This document shows positions 1-11,760 of a DNA stretch of 64,000 nucleotides, in pieces (the first letter of the stretch is position 1; the number at the start of each line of letters is the position of its first letter). Made by a program: the position numbers and the translations under genes. Origin of the DNA: Vulcanimicrobiota bacterium (GTDB taxonomy: Bacteria; Vulcanimicrobiota; Vulcanimicrobiia; Vulcanimicrobiales; Vulcanimicrobiaceae); the NCBI GenBank assembly GCA_963714015.1, contig OY970223.1, positions 2,336,001 through 2,400,000 on the forward strand. The letters run 5' to 3'. The notes below the pieces were generated by a model. The model had not been told where the DNA came from. It did not search any database and saw nothing but the letters and a program-made list of their open reading frames with translations.

Positions 1-1468
1 TCTCCATCGTGTTGACGAGATCCGTGTTGAACGTCTTGGATTTATCCATGACGTAGACTTCCTCGTCGAAGCGCTTGCGGATCTCAAGCAATTGATCGAC
101 AGCCTTCTGCAATTGCTCTTCGTTGCGGAAGATGAAGACGTTCTCGCTCATCACTCGGTTCATCGCCGCGCGGAGCTGCGGAGCACGCGTTCCACCGGTC
201 TTGGAAAGCCATCCGCCCAGACGGTCTTGCTCGTGTTTGAGTGCGCGATCCGAGGAGCGAACCTCACCGATCGACTTGACGTACTCGCAGGCGTGTTTGG
301 CCGACCGCGCTCCGAAGACGATCGTTTCGAGCAGCGAGTTTCCGCCCAAGCGGTTTGCGCCGTGCACGCTGGGAGTGGCACACTCGCCGGCGGCGTAGAC
401 ACCCGGCACGCGCGTGCATCCGTCGATGTTGGTTTCGATTCCGCCCATCGTGTAGTGCATTCCCGGCAGAATCGGAATTGGGTCGTTGATTGCGTCTTTG
501 CCCGTCGCGTCGAGCGCGAGCTCGCGAATTTGCGGCAAGCGCTCGAGAATTTTTTCGCGGCCCAGGTGCCGCAGATCGAGGAAGACGCAGCCTTCGACGC
601 CGCGTCCTTCGAGAATCTCGGTCCACTCGGCGCGCGAAACGACGTCGCGCGAGGCCAGTTCGCCCTTGTTGGGAGCGTACTTGAACATGAAACGCTCGCC
701 GGTCGAATTGAGCAGATACGCGCCCTCGCCGCGCGCAGCTTCGGAGAGCAGGACGCCGTTTTCTTTGAGCGAGGTCGGATGGAATTGGACGAACTCCATG
801 TCCATGATCGGAATGCCGGCCCGGAACGCAATTCCTAAACCGTCGGCGGTCGATGCGTAGCCGTTCGTCGTCTTTGCATACATGCGGCCCGCGCCGCCGG
901 TCGCAAAGATCGTAGCCTTGGCGTGAATCTGCTCGAGATCGCCGTTGCGCATGTTATATGCGATCACGCCGGTTCCGACACCGTCGTCGACGCAAAGCGC
1001 CGTACAGAAGTACTCTTCGTAAACCCGGACGTTGAAACGCTCCAGTTGCTCCCAGAGCGTGTGCAGAATCACTAGGCCCGTGACGTCGGCGGAATAGCAG
1101 GTTCGCGGCGAACCGGCGCCGCCGAACGGGCGCTGGGCAATACGGCCGTCGGGCAGGCGCGAGAAGATGCAGCCGCGGTGTTCGAGCCAGATGATTTGCC
1201 CCGGAGCGTCCGAGCACATCGCCTCGATGCAGTCCTGGTCGCCCAGATAATCCGAGCCCTTGGCCGTGTCGAAGGCGTGGTTTTCCGGCGAGTCGTCCTC
1301 GCGGTTACCCAGGGCAGCGTTGATGCCGCCTTGCGCCGCGCCGGAGTGGCTGCGAACGGGGTGCATCTTGCTGACGATGGCCACGTCGGCCCCGCGCTCG
1401 GCCGCTTCGACAGCGGCGCGCATGCCGGCTAGGCCGCCACCAATGACGACGACGTCGTGCTTGATCAC
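1..1468 (-). CDS. sdhA: Succinate dehydrogenase/fumarate reductase flavoprotein subunit (3' end outside window)
   Basis: Manual translation from GTG at 1468: [19 protein letters not shown]...[16 protein letters not shown] (FAD-binding His motif), [31 protein letters not shown]. Absent from the ORF track because it runs off the edge. Confidence 0.93.
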   Translation of the reverse strand, partial: MIKHDVVVIGGGLAGMRAAVEAAERGADVAIVSKMHPVRSHSGAAQGGINAALGNREDDSPENHAFDTAKGSDYLGDQDCIEAMCSDAPGQIIWLEHRGCIFSRLPDGRIAQRPFGGAGSPRTCYSADVTGLVILHTLWEQLERFNVRVYEEYFCTALCVDDGVGTGVIAYNMRNGDLEQIHAKATIFATGGAGRMYAKTTNGYASTADGLGIAFRAGIPIMDMEFVQFHPTSLKENGVLLSEAARGEGAYLLNSTGERFMFKYAPNKGELASRDVVSRAEWTEILEGRGVEGCVFLDLRHLGREKILERLPQIRELALDATGKDAINDPIPILPGMHYTMGGIETNIDGCTRVPGVYAAGECATPSVHGANRLGGNSLLETIVFGARSAKHACEYVKSIGEVRSSDRALKHEQDRLGGWLSKTGGTRAPQLRAAMNRVMSENVFIFRNEEQLQKAVDQLLEIRKRFDEEVYVMDKSKTFNTDLVNTME

Positions 1469-1565
1469 GTGGACCTTTCCCGGGATTGGAGAAGCTTTGC
1501 TTCTTTATACTACTCCGGGGAGAGCGTTCCCACGACTATAGTAAGAGACGAGTCCGAGGCTGCCG

Positions 1566-2708
1566 CTAGACGGCGTCCTGGGCCGGCTCAGCGATCCGGC
1601 CGAAGAATTCGAAGGTGTTTTTTCCGCTCTGCTTAGCCCGGTAGAGCGCCTCGTCGGCGCAGAAAAATAGGGTCTGTCCGTCGGTCCCGTCGCTCGGGAA
1701 CATCGCGACGCCGATGGAGCTTTGCAGGCCGTTCCTGCGCAATGCCGAGATGATCCGCTCTACGCCTCGCTCGGCCGCTTCACGATCGGTTTTCGTCATG
1801 ACGACCACGAATTCGTCGCCCGCATAGCGCGCTACGATGTCGCCCTTGCGCGCGGTCTTCTTGAGCACGTTGGCAAAGCGTTTGAGCGCCAGGTCTCCCA
1901 GACTGTGACCTCCGGAGTCGTTGATCTTTTTGAGATCGTCGAGATCGAGGATCACGAAGGCAAACGGCGAGTCGTACCGTTCGGAGCTGTGCAGCTCCCG
2001 ATCCAGCATTTCGGCCAGAGCGCGCCGGTTCGGAATGCCCGTCAAACTATCGGTGAGCGCTAGACGCTGCGTCTCTTCGAGCAGGCGGCGGGTTTCCTCG
2101 TACAGGCGGGCGTTTTCAACGGCGATGGCCGCCTGCGCCGCAAAATCGAGCAGAACGCGCAGCTGGTTCTCGGTGATTTGGGCCGAGGGCGGATCGTCTA
2201 CGTAAAGCATGCCGCGAACCACATCGCGAGCGACCAGCGGCGCAATGCAGTAAGCCCCTCGCGTATCTTCCAAAGGGCGATCGGAATCGGTCTCGTGCCC
2301 GAATGCGACCTGCAGCACGCCGGAAGCGACGTCTTGCAGCGTTGAATCGGAAAGGTAGTCGAACGCTTCGTCCGCATGCGTCACGACGCCGGTCGCGTCG
2401 CCTTCGAGCCGTCGCACGACGGTGCCGCCATCGTCGACGTCAAAGAGAATCACCCGGTTGAATTTGAGCGCCTCGCAGACGCCGCGGAGCACCATCGACA
2501 GAATGTCGTTGATGTCGAGCGTGGAATTGATCGTGGAGAATACCTGCTGCAGAACGAAGAGTTCCGCGTTCTGCTGCGCGTACTCGTCGCGTTCGGCTTC
2601 GAGTTCAGCAACGCGCGATTGCAGGCGTTCGACCTCCGCATGGAGGACGGCCCGCTCGTCGCCTTCGCTCTCGGGCTGGGCGCCCGCGGACAGGTTCAAT
2701 CCCACCAA
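1566..2708 (-). CDS. GAF-domain diguanylate cyclase
   Basis: N-terminal coiled coil, GAF, TDSLTGIPNRR, DLDDLKKIND, RYAGDEF (AGDEF variant of the active site). Confidence 0.9.
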   Translation of the reverse strand: MVGLNLSAGAQPESEGDERAVLHAEVERLQSRVAELEAERDEYAQQNAELFVLQQVFSTINSTLDINDILSMVLRGVCEALKFNRVILFDVDDGGTVVRRLEGDATGVVTHADEAFDYLSDSTLQDVASGVLQVAFGHETDSDRPLEDTRGAYCIAPLVARDVVRGMLYVDDPPSAQITENQLRVLLDFAAQAAIAVENARLYEETRRLLEETQRLALTDSLTGIPNRRALAEMLDRELHSSERYDSPFAFVILDLDDLKKINDSGGHSLGDLALKRFANVLKKTARKGDIVARYAGDEFVVVMTKTDREAAERGVERIISALRRNGLQSSIGVAMFPSDGTDGQTLFFCADEALYRAKQSGKNTFEFFGRIAEPAQDAV

Positions 2709-2712
2709 TATG

Positions 2713-2740
2713 GTAACGTCTTAATCCGTCTCTTTCTTTA
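2713..2740 (-). promoter_or_regulatory. Possible sigma-28 (FliA/SigD)-type promoter of the diguanylate cyclase
   Basis: TAAA-N16-GACGTTAC vs consensus TAAA-N15/16-GCCGATAA. Confidence 0.3.
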
Positions 2741-2779
2741 GGTTAACAACCGTTTCTTTAAGGGGTCAGTCGCCTTCCG

Positions 2780-5700
2780 GTGAGCCAGTTCGTCCACCTC
2801 CACGTTCACAGTGAGTACTCTCTCCTGGACGGGGCCTGTCGCGTCGACCGGCTTTGCGAGCGCAGCGCCTCTCATGGAAGCCCGGCGGTAGCACTGACCG
2901 ACCACGGCGTCATGTACGGCGCGATGGAGTTTTACTACACGGCCCGCGACTTCAAGCTTACGCCGATCATCGGATGCGAAGCCTATATCGCCCCGCGCGG
3001 ACGCCTCGACCGTACGGTGCGCGACGAAGCGCACGTGACGCTGCTGGCCGCGGACGTCACCGGTTACAGAAACTTAACAGCTTTGATCTCCAAGGGTTTT
3101 CTGGAGGGCTATTACTACAAGCCGCGGATCGATCTCGATCTGCTTGCCGAGCACAACGAAGGCCTCATCGTGCTTTCGGGCTGTATGTCCGGCATGGTCG
3201 CCTCGCCGCTGCTCAAGAACGACTACGAACGTTCCCTGCAGGCGGCCAAGACGTTCGAGCAGATCTTCGGCGACCGGTTTTACATCGAAGTGATGCGCCA
3301 CGGGATGCCGGAAGAAGAAGTCGTCAATCGGGGTCTCGTCAAAGTGGCGCGCGAGCTCAATCTGCCCCTCGTGGCGACCAACGATTCGCACTACCTGGAT
3401 CAGCGCGACGCCCCGGCGCACGACGTACTGCTCTGCATCGGAACCGGAAAAACCGTTTCGGATACGAGCCGCATGAAGTTCTATTCGGATCAGTTTTACG
3501 TAAAGAGCGATGCGGAGATGCGCGAACTTTGGGCCGATTTACCGGAAGCGTGCGACAATACGGTCGAGATCGCCAAGCGCATCGACATTCGGATTCCGGA
3601 GAAGATCTTCCATCTGCCCGCGTACCCGGTCCCGCAATCGGAGCGCGCGGCCGAAAAGACCGCGGAGGAGTTTCTGCTCGAAATCTGCGAGCAAGGGCTG
3701 GTCGAACGTTACGGTGCGGACCGGGCCGCAAACGACGCAGCGCTGCGCGAGCGCTTTGAATACGAGCTCGGCATCATCAACAAGATGGGGTTTGCCTCGT
3801 ATTTCCTCATCGTTTGGGACTTCATCAAATACGCTCGCGACAACGAGATACCCGTCGGCCCGGGCCGCGGTTCGGCGGTCGGCTCGGTCGTCTCGTATTG
3901 TTTGAAGATCACGGATCTGGACCCGCTCAAGTACAAGTTGATCTTCGAGCGTTTTCTCAATCCCGAGCGCATTTCGATGCCGGACATCGATACCGACTTC
4001 TGCGTCGAACGGCGGGACGAAGTCATTCGCTACGTTACCGAAAAATACGGATCCGATCGGGTCGCGCAGATCGTGACGTTCGGAACGATGGCTGCCCGTG
4101 CCGCAATTCGCGACGCCGGACGCGCACTGGGCGTGCCGCTGCCCGACGTGGATAGGGTCGCGAAGATGATTCCGTCAGGCCCGGGCGGCCTGTCCATCGC
4201 GCAGGCGCTCGAGCAGCTTCCCGATTTGAAGATGCTTTACGCCGGCTCGCCGGAGATCCGCAGACTGCTCGACACGGCCAAAGCGATCGAAGGGCTCGCG
4301 CGCAACGCCGGAACGCACGCCGCCGGAGTCGTCATTTCCGCGGGACCGCTGATGGAATACGCGCCCCTCGCCAAGAGCGAGGCGGGCGTCAACACTCAAT
4401 ACGACATGGTCTGGGTGGAGAAGATCGGTCTGTTGAAGATGGATTTTCTCGGTTTGCGCAACCTGACCGTCATGAAGGACGCGGTCGAAGAAATACGCCG
4501 CACTACGAGCCCTCATTTCGACATCGCGAAGATTCCCGACGACGACCGTCGCACGTACGAAATGCTCAGCCGCGGCGAGACGATGGGCGTCTTTCAGCTC
4601 GAATCCGAAGGAATGGTGCGCGTCTGCTCGGAGCTCAAACCGTCGGATTTCAACGACATCATCGCGCTCGTCGCGCTGTACCGTCCGGGTCCGATGGAGT
4701 GGATTCCGCAGTATATCAGCAACAAGCACGGCCGCACGAAACCGACGTATCTGCACCCCAAGCTCGAACCGATTCTCGGTGAGACCTACGGCATTGCCTG
4801 CTATCAGGAGTCCGTGATGCAGATGGCGCGCGACATCGCCGGGTTTACGATGGGCGAAGCGGACGAACTGCGCAAAGTCATGGGCAAGAAGCTCAAGGAC
4901 AAGATTCCGTTCTACCGGGACAAGTTCATCACCGGCTGCAAGGAACACTCGGACATCGAGGAACCGCTGGCCGCGAAGATCTTCGAGTTCATCGAACCGT
5001 TCGCGGGATACGGGTTCAACAAGTCGCACGCCGCCGCATATGCATGGGTCGCCTATCAGACCGCATATCTGAAGGCGAACCATCCGCTGCAGTACTTCTG
5101 CGCGCTCATGACCTCGGTCAAAGACAAAACCGACAAGCTCGTCGAGTACATCGAAGAAGCCAAGAAGCTCGGCATTGCGGTGCTTCCGCCGGACGTCAAC
5201 CAGTCGCTCATCGACTTCGCGGTCGTCGGCAGCGAAATACGATTCGGGCTCTCGGCGATCAAGGGCGTCGGCGAAGGCGCCGTGCGCATCGTGCTGAACG
5301 CGCGGGAGTCGGACGGTCCGTTTCAGGATATCTTCGAACTCGCCAAGCGCGTGGACACCAAACAAGTCAACCGGCGTGTCTTCGAAGCGCTGATCAGGTG
5401 CGGCGCCCTGGACTGCCTGCCCGGGAATCGCGCGCAAAAACTCGCCGCCCTCGACCTCGCGCTCGAGATCGCCGCGGCCGAATCGCGCGATGCTCAACTC
5501 GGTCAAGTTTCGTTGTTCGGCGATGCACCGGCGGCATTGGCGGGCTTGACGCCGACGCTGCCTGCGGTGGCGCCTCCGAATACGATGCAGACGCTGCAGT
5601 GGGAGAAGGAGACGCTCGGAATCTTCGTCTCCGGGCACCCGCTTGCAGACGTTGCCGAAGCGCTGGCGCGCACCGGCGCAATTCCGGTAAAAGATCTGCG

Positions 5701-6223
5701 GGCGCGAGAAGACGACAGCTTCGTAACCGTTGCCGGAATGGTAACCAACGTCCGGCGCACGCTGACCAAAGCCGGCCAGCAAATTCTCATCGCGCAGATC
5801 GAGGACACGACAGGCACGGTGGACGTCATCGTCTTCGCAAAACTCTATCCGCAAGTGCAGGGCCTGTTCGAACAGGATCGCATCCTTATCGTCAAAGGCC
5901 GCCTGCGCATGCGCGAGCGTCCCGGAGCAGCAGGTGAGGAAGGGCCGCTCGAGCTTTCCGTCGGCGCGAACGATGTTCAGGCGTTCGAACGCCCATTGCG
6001 CCCCGCGCAGCCGGCGGGCTGGCACGTAATCGTTGCCACGCGCGATCAGGTCGACCGCCTGGCCGCAATTCTGGACGAATGGCCCGGCACGGTCCCCGTC
6101 ATGGCCCGCATCGCAAATCGCACGCAGCGTCTGCCGCGAGGAATTGCCGCCGACTACCGCGTCCAAACGGAGCTGGAGCGCGTATTCGGAGCGAGCAATG
6201 TGCGCGAAGGCTTACCGCAATGA
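2780..6223 (+). CDS. dnaE: DNA polymerase III alpha subunit
   Basis: HLHVHSEYSLLDG PHP domain, PGRGSAVGS, SMPDIDTDF, GYGFNKSHA, C-terminal OB fold; no intein visible. Confidence 0.97.
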   Translation: MSQFVHLHVHSEYSLLDGACRVDRLCERSASHGSPAVALTDHGVMYGAMEFYYTARDFKLTPIIGCEAYIAPRGRLDRTVRDEAHVTLLAADVTGYRNLTALISKGFLEGYYYKPRIDLDLLAEHNEGLIVLSGCMSGMVASPLLKNDYERSLQAAKTFEQIFGDRFYIEVMRHGMPEEEVVNRGLVKVARELNLPLVATNDSHYLDQRDAPAHDVLLCIGTGKTVSDTSRMKFYSDQFYVKSDAEMRELWADLPEACDNTVEIAKRIDIRIPEKIFHLPAYPVPQSERAAEKTAEEFLLEICEQGLVERYGADRAANDAALRERFEYELGIINKMGFASYFLIVWDFIKYARDNEIPVGPGRGSAVGSVVSYCLKITDLDPLKYKLIFERFLNPERISMPDIDTDFCVERRDEVIRYVTEKYGSDRVAQIVTFGTMAARAAIRDAGRALGVPLPDVDRVAKMIPSGPGGLSIAQALEQLPDLKMLYAGSPEIRRLLDTAKAIEGLARNAGTHAAGVVISAGPLMEYAPLAKSEAGVNTQYDMVWVEKIGLLKMDFLGLRNLTVMKDAVEEIRRTTSPHFDIAKIPDDDRRTYEMLSRGETMGVFQLESEGMVRVCSELKPSDFNDIIALVALYRPGPMEWIPQYISNKHGRTKPTYLHPKLEPILGETYGIACYQESVMQMARDIAGFTMGEADELRKVMGKKLKDKIPFYRDKFITGCKEHSDIEEPLAAKIFEFIEPFAGYGFNKSHAAAYAWVAYQTAYLKANHPLQYFCALMTSVKDKTDKLVEYIEEAKKLGIAVLPPDVNQSLIDFAVVGSEIRFGLSAIKGVGEGAVRIVLNARESDGPFQDIFELAKRVDTKQVNRRVFEALIRCGALDCLPGNRAQKLAALDLALEIAAAESRDAQLGQVSLFGDAPAALAGLTPTLPAVAPPNTMQTLQWEKETLGIFVSGHPLADVAEALARTGAIPVKDLRAREDDSFVTVAGMVTNVRRTLTKAGQQILIAQIEDTTGTVDVIVFAKLYPQVQGLFEQDRILIVKGRLRMRERPGAAGEEGPLELSVGANDVQAFERPLRPAQPAGWHVIVATRDQVDRLAAILDEWPGTVPVMARIANRTQRLPRGIAADYRVQTELERVFGASNVREGLPQ

Positions 6224-6420
6224 TCGTACGGCCCTCTGGTGCCGGCCGGCGGGGCATCGGGTCACAGGGATATCTGACATTTTTCGCCCGGCCATGGATG
6301 GCCGCTTCAAAACTTCGTTGCGCGAAAAATGCAGCTGAGCAGCAATTCGACACGATGTCGAATTGCGAGCGGCCCTGTGATCCGATGCCCCGCCGGCCGG
6401 CACCAGAGGGCGATACGATT
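6223..6420. repeat. Nested palindromic element (MITE/REP-like element or structured RNA)
   Basis: 39-nt arms 6231-6269 and 6373-6411 (one mismatch, G.U on the + strand); inner stems 6278-6287/6322-6331, CGGCCA-TGGA-TGGCCG at 6289-6304, and an 11-bp hairpin at 6342-6366. Confidence 0.85.
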
Positions 6421-6446
6421 GCCGGCGCAAGCGGAGCCGGTCCGCT

Positions 6447-7259
6447 ATGAGAACGGCGATCGAACCAAGGTTGGTCGCGTTCGATCTCGACGGGACGCTG
6501 CTCGGGCGAGATTTGCTCGTGCGGCCGCGGGTCTTTTCTGCGATAGAACGGATGCTCGAGCGAGGAGTGCAAGGATGCGTGGTAACCGGGCGGATGTACC
6601 GCGCGACCGTGCCGTTCGTTCGTGAAGTGCGTTTTAGCGCGCCCGTCGTGTGCTATCAGGGCGCCGCGGTGATCGATCCGAACACAGACGAAGTGCTGCT
6701 CGACACGCCCCTGCCGAACGCGGAAGCGATGGCGCTCGTACAGTACGCGCAGGCGAACGATTTGCATCTCCAGCTGTACGCCAACGATCGATATTACTGC
6801 GAGCATCGCAACCGCCATTCGGATCTCTACGCCCGGATTTCGGGCGTAGAACCCATCGTGGTCCCGTCTCTGCGCGCGCAGTTCGAATTTTGGGACGCTA
6901 CGAAGGCCGTGATTATCGCCGATCCCGCCGTCGTGCTGCAGCATCTGCCGCTCGTGAAGGCACTGCTCGGGGGACGCGCGTATGTCACTCGCAGCATGCC
7001 CCAATTCCTCGAGGTCATGGACGCAAGCGTCGACAAGGGAAAAGCGCTGGCCGTGGTGGCGGACCGGCTGCAGATTCCGCTCGCCGAGGTGATGGCTATC
7101 GGTGATTCGTGGAACGACGCGCCGCTGCTCGAGTCGGCGGGTTTCGGCGTTGCAATGGGATCGGCGCCCGCGGAACTGCGCGAGATCGCAGACGCGGTGG
7201 TCGCCGACGTTCTCAACGACGGTGTTGCCGAAGCGATCGAGCGTTTCGTCCTGGCATGA
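6447..7259 (+). CDS. Cof-type HAD-IIB family hydrolase
   Basis: FDLDGTLL, VTGR, KGKAL, AIGDSWND motifs. Confidence 0.93.
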   Translation: MRTAIEPRLVAFDLDGTLLGRDLLVRPRVFSAIERMLERGVQGCVVTGRMYRATVPFVREVRFSAPVVCYQGAAVIDPNTDEVLLDTPLPNAEAMALVQYAQANDLHLQLYANDRYYCEHRNRHSDLYARISGVEPIVVPSLRAQFEFWDATKAVIIADPAVVLQHLPLVKALLGGRAYVTRSMPQFLEVMDASVDKGKALAVVADRLQIPLAEVMAIGDSWNDAPLLESAGFGVAMGSAPAELREIADAVVADVLNDGVAEAIERFVLA

Positions 7260-8002
7260 CGGCGCGAAAGAACACTCGTCGCAAAACGGCCGCAATTTCG
7301 CGAATGCGGCCGTTCTGGCTGCTGATTGCCGTGCTCGGCGTTGCCGCTGCGGCAGCTGGCTACTGGGCCGCGACGTGGCCGGGCTTCTATCCCGGCACGG
7401 TGGGCGTCAGCGGCAATCACGTCGTTCCGGCCGAGCTTATTCTGGAGCGTGCTGCGATCGCTCCGCGGCAAAATGTTTGGCTGCAGAACATGCACGCAGC
7501 CGCGCAACGCGTCGCGCAGATTCCGTACGTCGGCGAAGCGCGCATTCATCGGCTCCTACCGGATCGCGTGCGGATCGACGTGACGGAAAGGTCCCCGTAC
7601 GCGCTCGTGCAGTTCACCGAGGGCACTGTGGTCGTCGACCACGATCTTCGCGTCCTGCAAACGGGCGAGATCGATCGCTCCCTGCCGCTGCTCGATGTCG
7701 GCGACGACGCATTGCCGGTTCCCGGAGTCTTCATCAAGGATCCCAAAGCCGCCGAGCTGCGCGATGACGAAGACGTACTGCGCGCACAGCATGTCGCCAC
7801 GGAGCAGTTCCGCTACGATCGCTTCGGCGATCTCGTGGTAACCATGCGCGGCGGCGTTCGATTGCTGCTGGGCGACGATGCGGATCTGGCGCAGAAGGCC
7901 TCGCTCGTCGGTCCGATCCTCTCCCAAGTGGCCGCCCAGGGAAGAAAGATCTCCGCGGTCGATCTTCGCGCGCCGGGAACGCCCGTCGTCGTCTACAAGT
8001 GA
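7256..8002 (+). CDS. ftsQ: FtsQ/DivIB-like POTRA-domain cell division protein
   Basis: Basic N-terminus, single TM, VSGNHVV POTRA, RLLPDRVRIDVTER, C-terminal VDLRAP; ATG at 7256 overlaps the HAD stop (ATGA). Confidence 0.8.
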   Translation: MTARKNTRRKTAAISRMRPFWLLIAVLGVAAAAAGYWAATWPGFYPGTVGVSGNHVVPAELILERAAIAPRQNVWLQNMHAAAQRVAQIPYVGEARIHRLLPDRVRIDVTERSPYALVQFTEGTVVVDHDLRVLQTGEIDRSLPLLDVGDDALPVPGVFIKDPKAAELRDDEDVLRAQHVATEQFRYDRFGDLVVTMRGGVRLLLGDDADLAQKASLVGPILSQVAAQGRKISAVDLRAPGTPVVVYK

Positions 8003-9269
8003 GCCGGCCGCCGCACATACCCCCGAACGTCGTCATTTTGGCGTTCGAGGGCCCGGACCGCTATTCCATGATCGGCGGACTGGGTGTGCGCGCCACGGAG
8101 CTGGCGCTCGCGCTGGGAGAGAACGGATTCAAGACGACGTTGATCTTCGTGGGCGATCCCGAAAAGGCTCCGGTTGAAGGCTTCGCGCCAAACGTCGAGC
8201 TGCGCCGCTGGTGCCAGTGGATTTCGAAATATCATCCGGGCGGCGTCTATGACGGCGAGCACGGAAAGATCGACGACTACGCGCAAAGCGCGCCGGCGTT
8301 CATCGTTTCGGAGATCGTGAAACCCGCGCACCGGCGAGGTGAACGGGTGCTCGTTCTCGCCGAAGATTGGCAGGTCGTCCCGGCGGTGCTGCGCTTGGAT
8401 CGGGCACTTGCCGAGGCCGGTCTGCGCGGTGCAGCCAGCGTGGCTTGGAACGCCAACAACACCTACGGATTCGAAACCATTGATTGGGCCGCGCTCGCGC
8501 GGGCGGCGCACATCACGTGCGTGAGCAAGTACATGAAATTCGAGCTCGGCCTGCTCGGTGTCGAAGGCGTGGTGATTCCAAACGGCATTCCTCCGGCGCT
8601 TTCGAAGACCTCGAGCGAACGCGACGTGCTGGTCCTTCAGCGCGCGATGCGCGGACGCAGGACGCTGCTCAAAGTCGGGCGCTTCGATCCGGACAAACGC
8701 TGGATGCAGGCCGTCGACGCGCTCGCGCAGCTTCGGGCCGCCGACGTGAAGGTTCAGCTCCTCGTGCGCGGCGGGAAAGAACCTTACGGACGGACGATCT
8801 TCGAACGGGCGCGGACGCGCGGGCTCTCCATTTCGGAGGTTACGCTCGCCGAATCGACGGCCGATCAATTGGCGCATGCAATAGCTCAGCAAACCGCCGA
8901 CATCGTCAACCTGCGCAGCTTCTTCCAAACGAAACACTCTACGCGTTGTACGGCGCGGTCGACGGCGTGCTGGCGAACAGCGGTAAGGAGCCGTTCGGCC
9001 TAGTGGGTCTGGAAGTGATGGCTTGCCGCGGCATTCCCGTCTGCGGCTCAACGGGCGAAGATTATGCGCGCCCCTTCGAAAACGCCATCGTCTGCGACAC
9101 GGGCGATCCGGGCGAACTGGCGGCGAATCTGCAGCTGCTCTTTCACGACAAATCGCTCGCGCGCCGCATTCGCAAGCGGGCGCTCAAAACCGCACGGCAA
9201 TATGCGTGGCCGAAAGTGTTCGATTTGATGGACGTTAAATTAGCGTTTCTCGAGGGCGTCAGACCTTGA
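7999..9269 (+). CDS. Glycosyltransferase family 4 (frameshift ~8925, probably a sequence error)
   Basis: [18 protein letters not shown] in the first frame; [15 protein letters not shown] in the second frame. Confidence 0.85.
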
Positions 9270-11760
9270 CCAGTTCCTCGATTCGCATCGCCATCGCATC
9301 CGCATAACGGGTGGCCGTCTCCGTGGTGCTGCCCTCGGAGATGACGTTGAACGTCGGCTCGGACGCGTCGGGAAGCACCAACACCCATCCGTTGTCGCGC
9401 GTCACGCGTAAGCCGTCGTAGAGTTCGATTTGATTGTTCCGCTGCTCGTTGATCAACGTGCGCATGATGCGGCCTTTGTGTTCCCAAGGGCAGGCGACGC
9501 TGCGCGCAGCCATTTGCCAGTCCGGGAGCATGTCGACGAATTCGCTCAAAGGGCGTTTTTCTTCCGCGAGCAGCTCCAGCGTCTTTGCTACCGCATAGAG
9601 TGCGTCCAGCGCCGGGTGCAGTTCCGGAAAAACGAACTCGAAGTTGGCGCTGCCTGCAAATGCGAGCGACTTCCCCTCGCGTTCGGCTAATGCCATTAGG
9701 GTGCGGCGGTCGCTTCGGGTCTGCGTTACGCGCGCGCCCTGAGCACGCGCGGCCTCTTCAATCGCCTTGGGCGCCGTCACGGGAAGCGCGATGTTGGCGT
9801 TCGGGTAGTTTCGCACGACCAGGAGGGTCAGCAGCGCCAAAAGGCGGTTGCCGGTGATGATCCGTCCGGTGTCGTCGACCAACGCGAAGGTCTCGCCGTC
9901 GTGGTCGACGAGAATGCCCAGATCGCGCTTTAGCGTCAAAACGATGTCGCGCAATTCTTCCAAATGCCGGTCCCGCGCGCGTTCGTCGATGCGGACGCGG
10001 CTGTCGTCGAAGTACGCGTTGAGCGCTATCATATCGACACCCAGCCGGCTCAGCAGGCGCGGCAGCACGAGCGCGGCGTTGCCGTTGGCGTAGTCAATCG
10101 CGATCCGGAAATGCGATTGCGGAAGCGCCTTGGCATGAAGCGCCTCGATGTACGCGCTCCCGTAGTTCTCCAGAACGCGCGAGGGAAAATCGAGCAGTCC
10201 CACCTCGTCCATCGGCGTACGCCGGAAATCTTCGCGGAAAAAGAGGTTTTCGATCTTTCGTTCGGTCGCTTTATCGACGTTGATCCCGTTTCCGTCGAAG
10301 AACTCGAAAAGCAGCGAGTTGGGGTCGTTCGGCGAGAGGCGTACGTGGACGCAGCCATCGCCTTCGGCGCGGGTAGCGAAGCGTGAAATGGGCAGCGGGA
10401 AAGACCGCAAATCCTCAACGTGTATGCCGGTGCTGAGCAGTCCCGAAATGATGCAGCGGTTCATGACGCGGCTGACCGGGTGCGTGTCGCGGCTCGTCAT
10501 GACCACCTGCCCGTGCTTGAGATACGTTCCGAACGCTTGCCCGAGTTTCGTAGCGTACTCCGGCGTGATTTCGAGGTTCGCCAGACCGCTTACGCCCGCA
10601 CCGCCGAAGAGCGAACCGGGCCACTTGATCCCGTAAATCAGGGACATCGAAACGATGGAACCGGAGCTGATCGTCTTGTCGGGCCAGATCTTCAAGTTGG
10701 CGCGAATGGTCGAACCGCTGCCGATGTTGCAGCGCTCGCCGATGACGGTTCCTTCGCCTACGGCGGCGCGATCCTTGACGATGGTTCGGCCGGCAATCGT
10801 GCAATCCACGAGACTCGCGTCGGGACCGATGTAGACGTCGTTCCAGACGATGGCGCGCTCGATCTGCGCGCCGGCGGAAACCGTGCAATTATCGCCGATG
10901 CACGATGGACCGTCGATCGTCGCGCCTGGTCCGACCTGCACGTTCTTGCCCAAGCGCACCGGCCCCACGATTCGCGCTGTGGGATCGATCCGCGTTCCGT
11001 CGCCTGCAAAGACCTTCGGCGTCACTTCGCTGCCGGCGCCTTCGAGCCGAATCAGTCCGTTCAGTGCGTCGTAATTGGCTTGCTGGTACTGCTGCAGATT
11101 TCCGACGTCGGTCCAATAGTCGCCGGTAACGTAACCGCCGATGCGCTTTCCTTCACGCAGCAGCCGCGGAAAGATGTCTTTGGAGAAATCGTAGATGCCG
11201 CCGCGTTCCATGTAGTCGAATATTTCCGGGCGCAGCACGTAGATGCCGGTGTTGATCGTATCGGAGAAGACCTCACCCCAGGACGGTTTCTCCAGAAAGC
11301 GGGTAATCCGGCTTTGCTCGTCGGTGATGACCACGCCGAACTCGAGCGGATTAGAGACGCTTTGGAGTGCGATGGTCGCCGCATTGCCCTCGCTCCGGTG
11401 CCGCGCAATCATTTCGCCGACGTTCAGATTGGTCAGCGCATCGCCCGAGATGATGAGGAAGGAATCGTCGCGCAGGCGGTCTTCAGCCATCTTTACCGCA
11501 CCGGCCGTCCCGAGCGGCGTGTCTTCGACGACGTACGACATGTGGACGCCCATGCGCGTGCCGTCGCCGAAATAGCTCTCGATCTCATCGGCCAAATAAT
11601 GCAGCGTTGCGACGATCTCCGTGATCCCGTGCTGCCGAAGCAGATCCACGATGTGGTGCATGACCGGACGGTTCGCGATCGGCGCCAGAGGTTTGGGCAA
11701 ACGTGAGGTGAGCGGGCGCAGACGCGAACCTTCGCCTCCCGCCATGACCACGGCTTTCAT
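9259..11760 (-). CDS. Mannose-1-phosphate guanylyltransferase / phosphomannomutase-like fusion
   Basis: [16 protein letters not shown], hexapeptide (LbH) repeats, then a PGM/PMM-like region with degenerate catalytic motifs. Confidence 0.9.
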   Translation of the reverse strand: MKAVVMAGGEGSRLRPLTSRLPKPLAPIANRPVMHHIVDLLRQHGITEIVATLHYLADEIESYFGDGTRMGVHMSYVVEDTPLGTAGAVKMAEDRLRDDSFLIISGDALTNLNVGEMIARHRSEGNAATIALQSVSNPLEFGVVITDEQSRITRFLEKPSWGEVFSDTINTGIYVLRPEIFDYMERGGIYDFSKDIFPRLLREGKRIGGYVTGDYWTDVGNLQQYQQANYDALNGLIRLEGAGSEVTPKVFAGDGTRIDPTARIVGPVRLGKNVQVGPGATIDGPSCIGDNCTVSAGAQIERAIVWNDVYIGPDASLVDCTIAGRTIVKDRAAVGEGTVIGERCNIGSGSTIRANLKIWPDKTISSGSIVSMSLIYGIKWPGSLFGGAGVSGLANLEITPEYATKLGQAFGTYLKHGQVVMTSRDTHPVSRVMNRCIISGLLSTGIHVEDLRSFPLPISRFATRAEGDGCVHVRLSPNDPNSLLFEFFDGNGINVDKATERKIENLFFREDFRRTPMDEVGLLDFPSRVLENYGSAYIEALHAKALPQSHFRIAIDYANGNAALVLPRLLSRLGVDMIALNAYFDDSRVRIDERARDRHLEELRDIVLTLKRDLGILVDHDGETFALVDDTGRIITGNRLLALLTLLVVRNYPNANIALPVTAPKAIEEAARAQGARVTQTRSDRRTLMALAEREGKSLAFAGSANFEFVFPELHPALDALYAVAKTLELLAEEKRPLSEFVDMLPDWQMAARSVACPWEHKGRIMRTLINEQRNNQIELYDGLRVTRDNGWVLVLPDASEPTFNVISEGSTTETATRYADAMAMRIEELVKV

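Noticed and set aside
4175..6166. Long antisense ORFs (663 aa opposite dnaE and many others)
   Set aside because: Shadow ORFs expected from high-GC codon bias; no recognisable domains.
2780..6223. Intein or split in dnaE
   Set aside because: Normal length with continuous motifs and no intein signatures.
6223..6420. Palindromic element as a CRISPR array or simple terminator
   Set aside because: No direct repeat-spacer pattern and no U-tract; far larger than a terminator.
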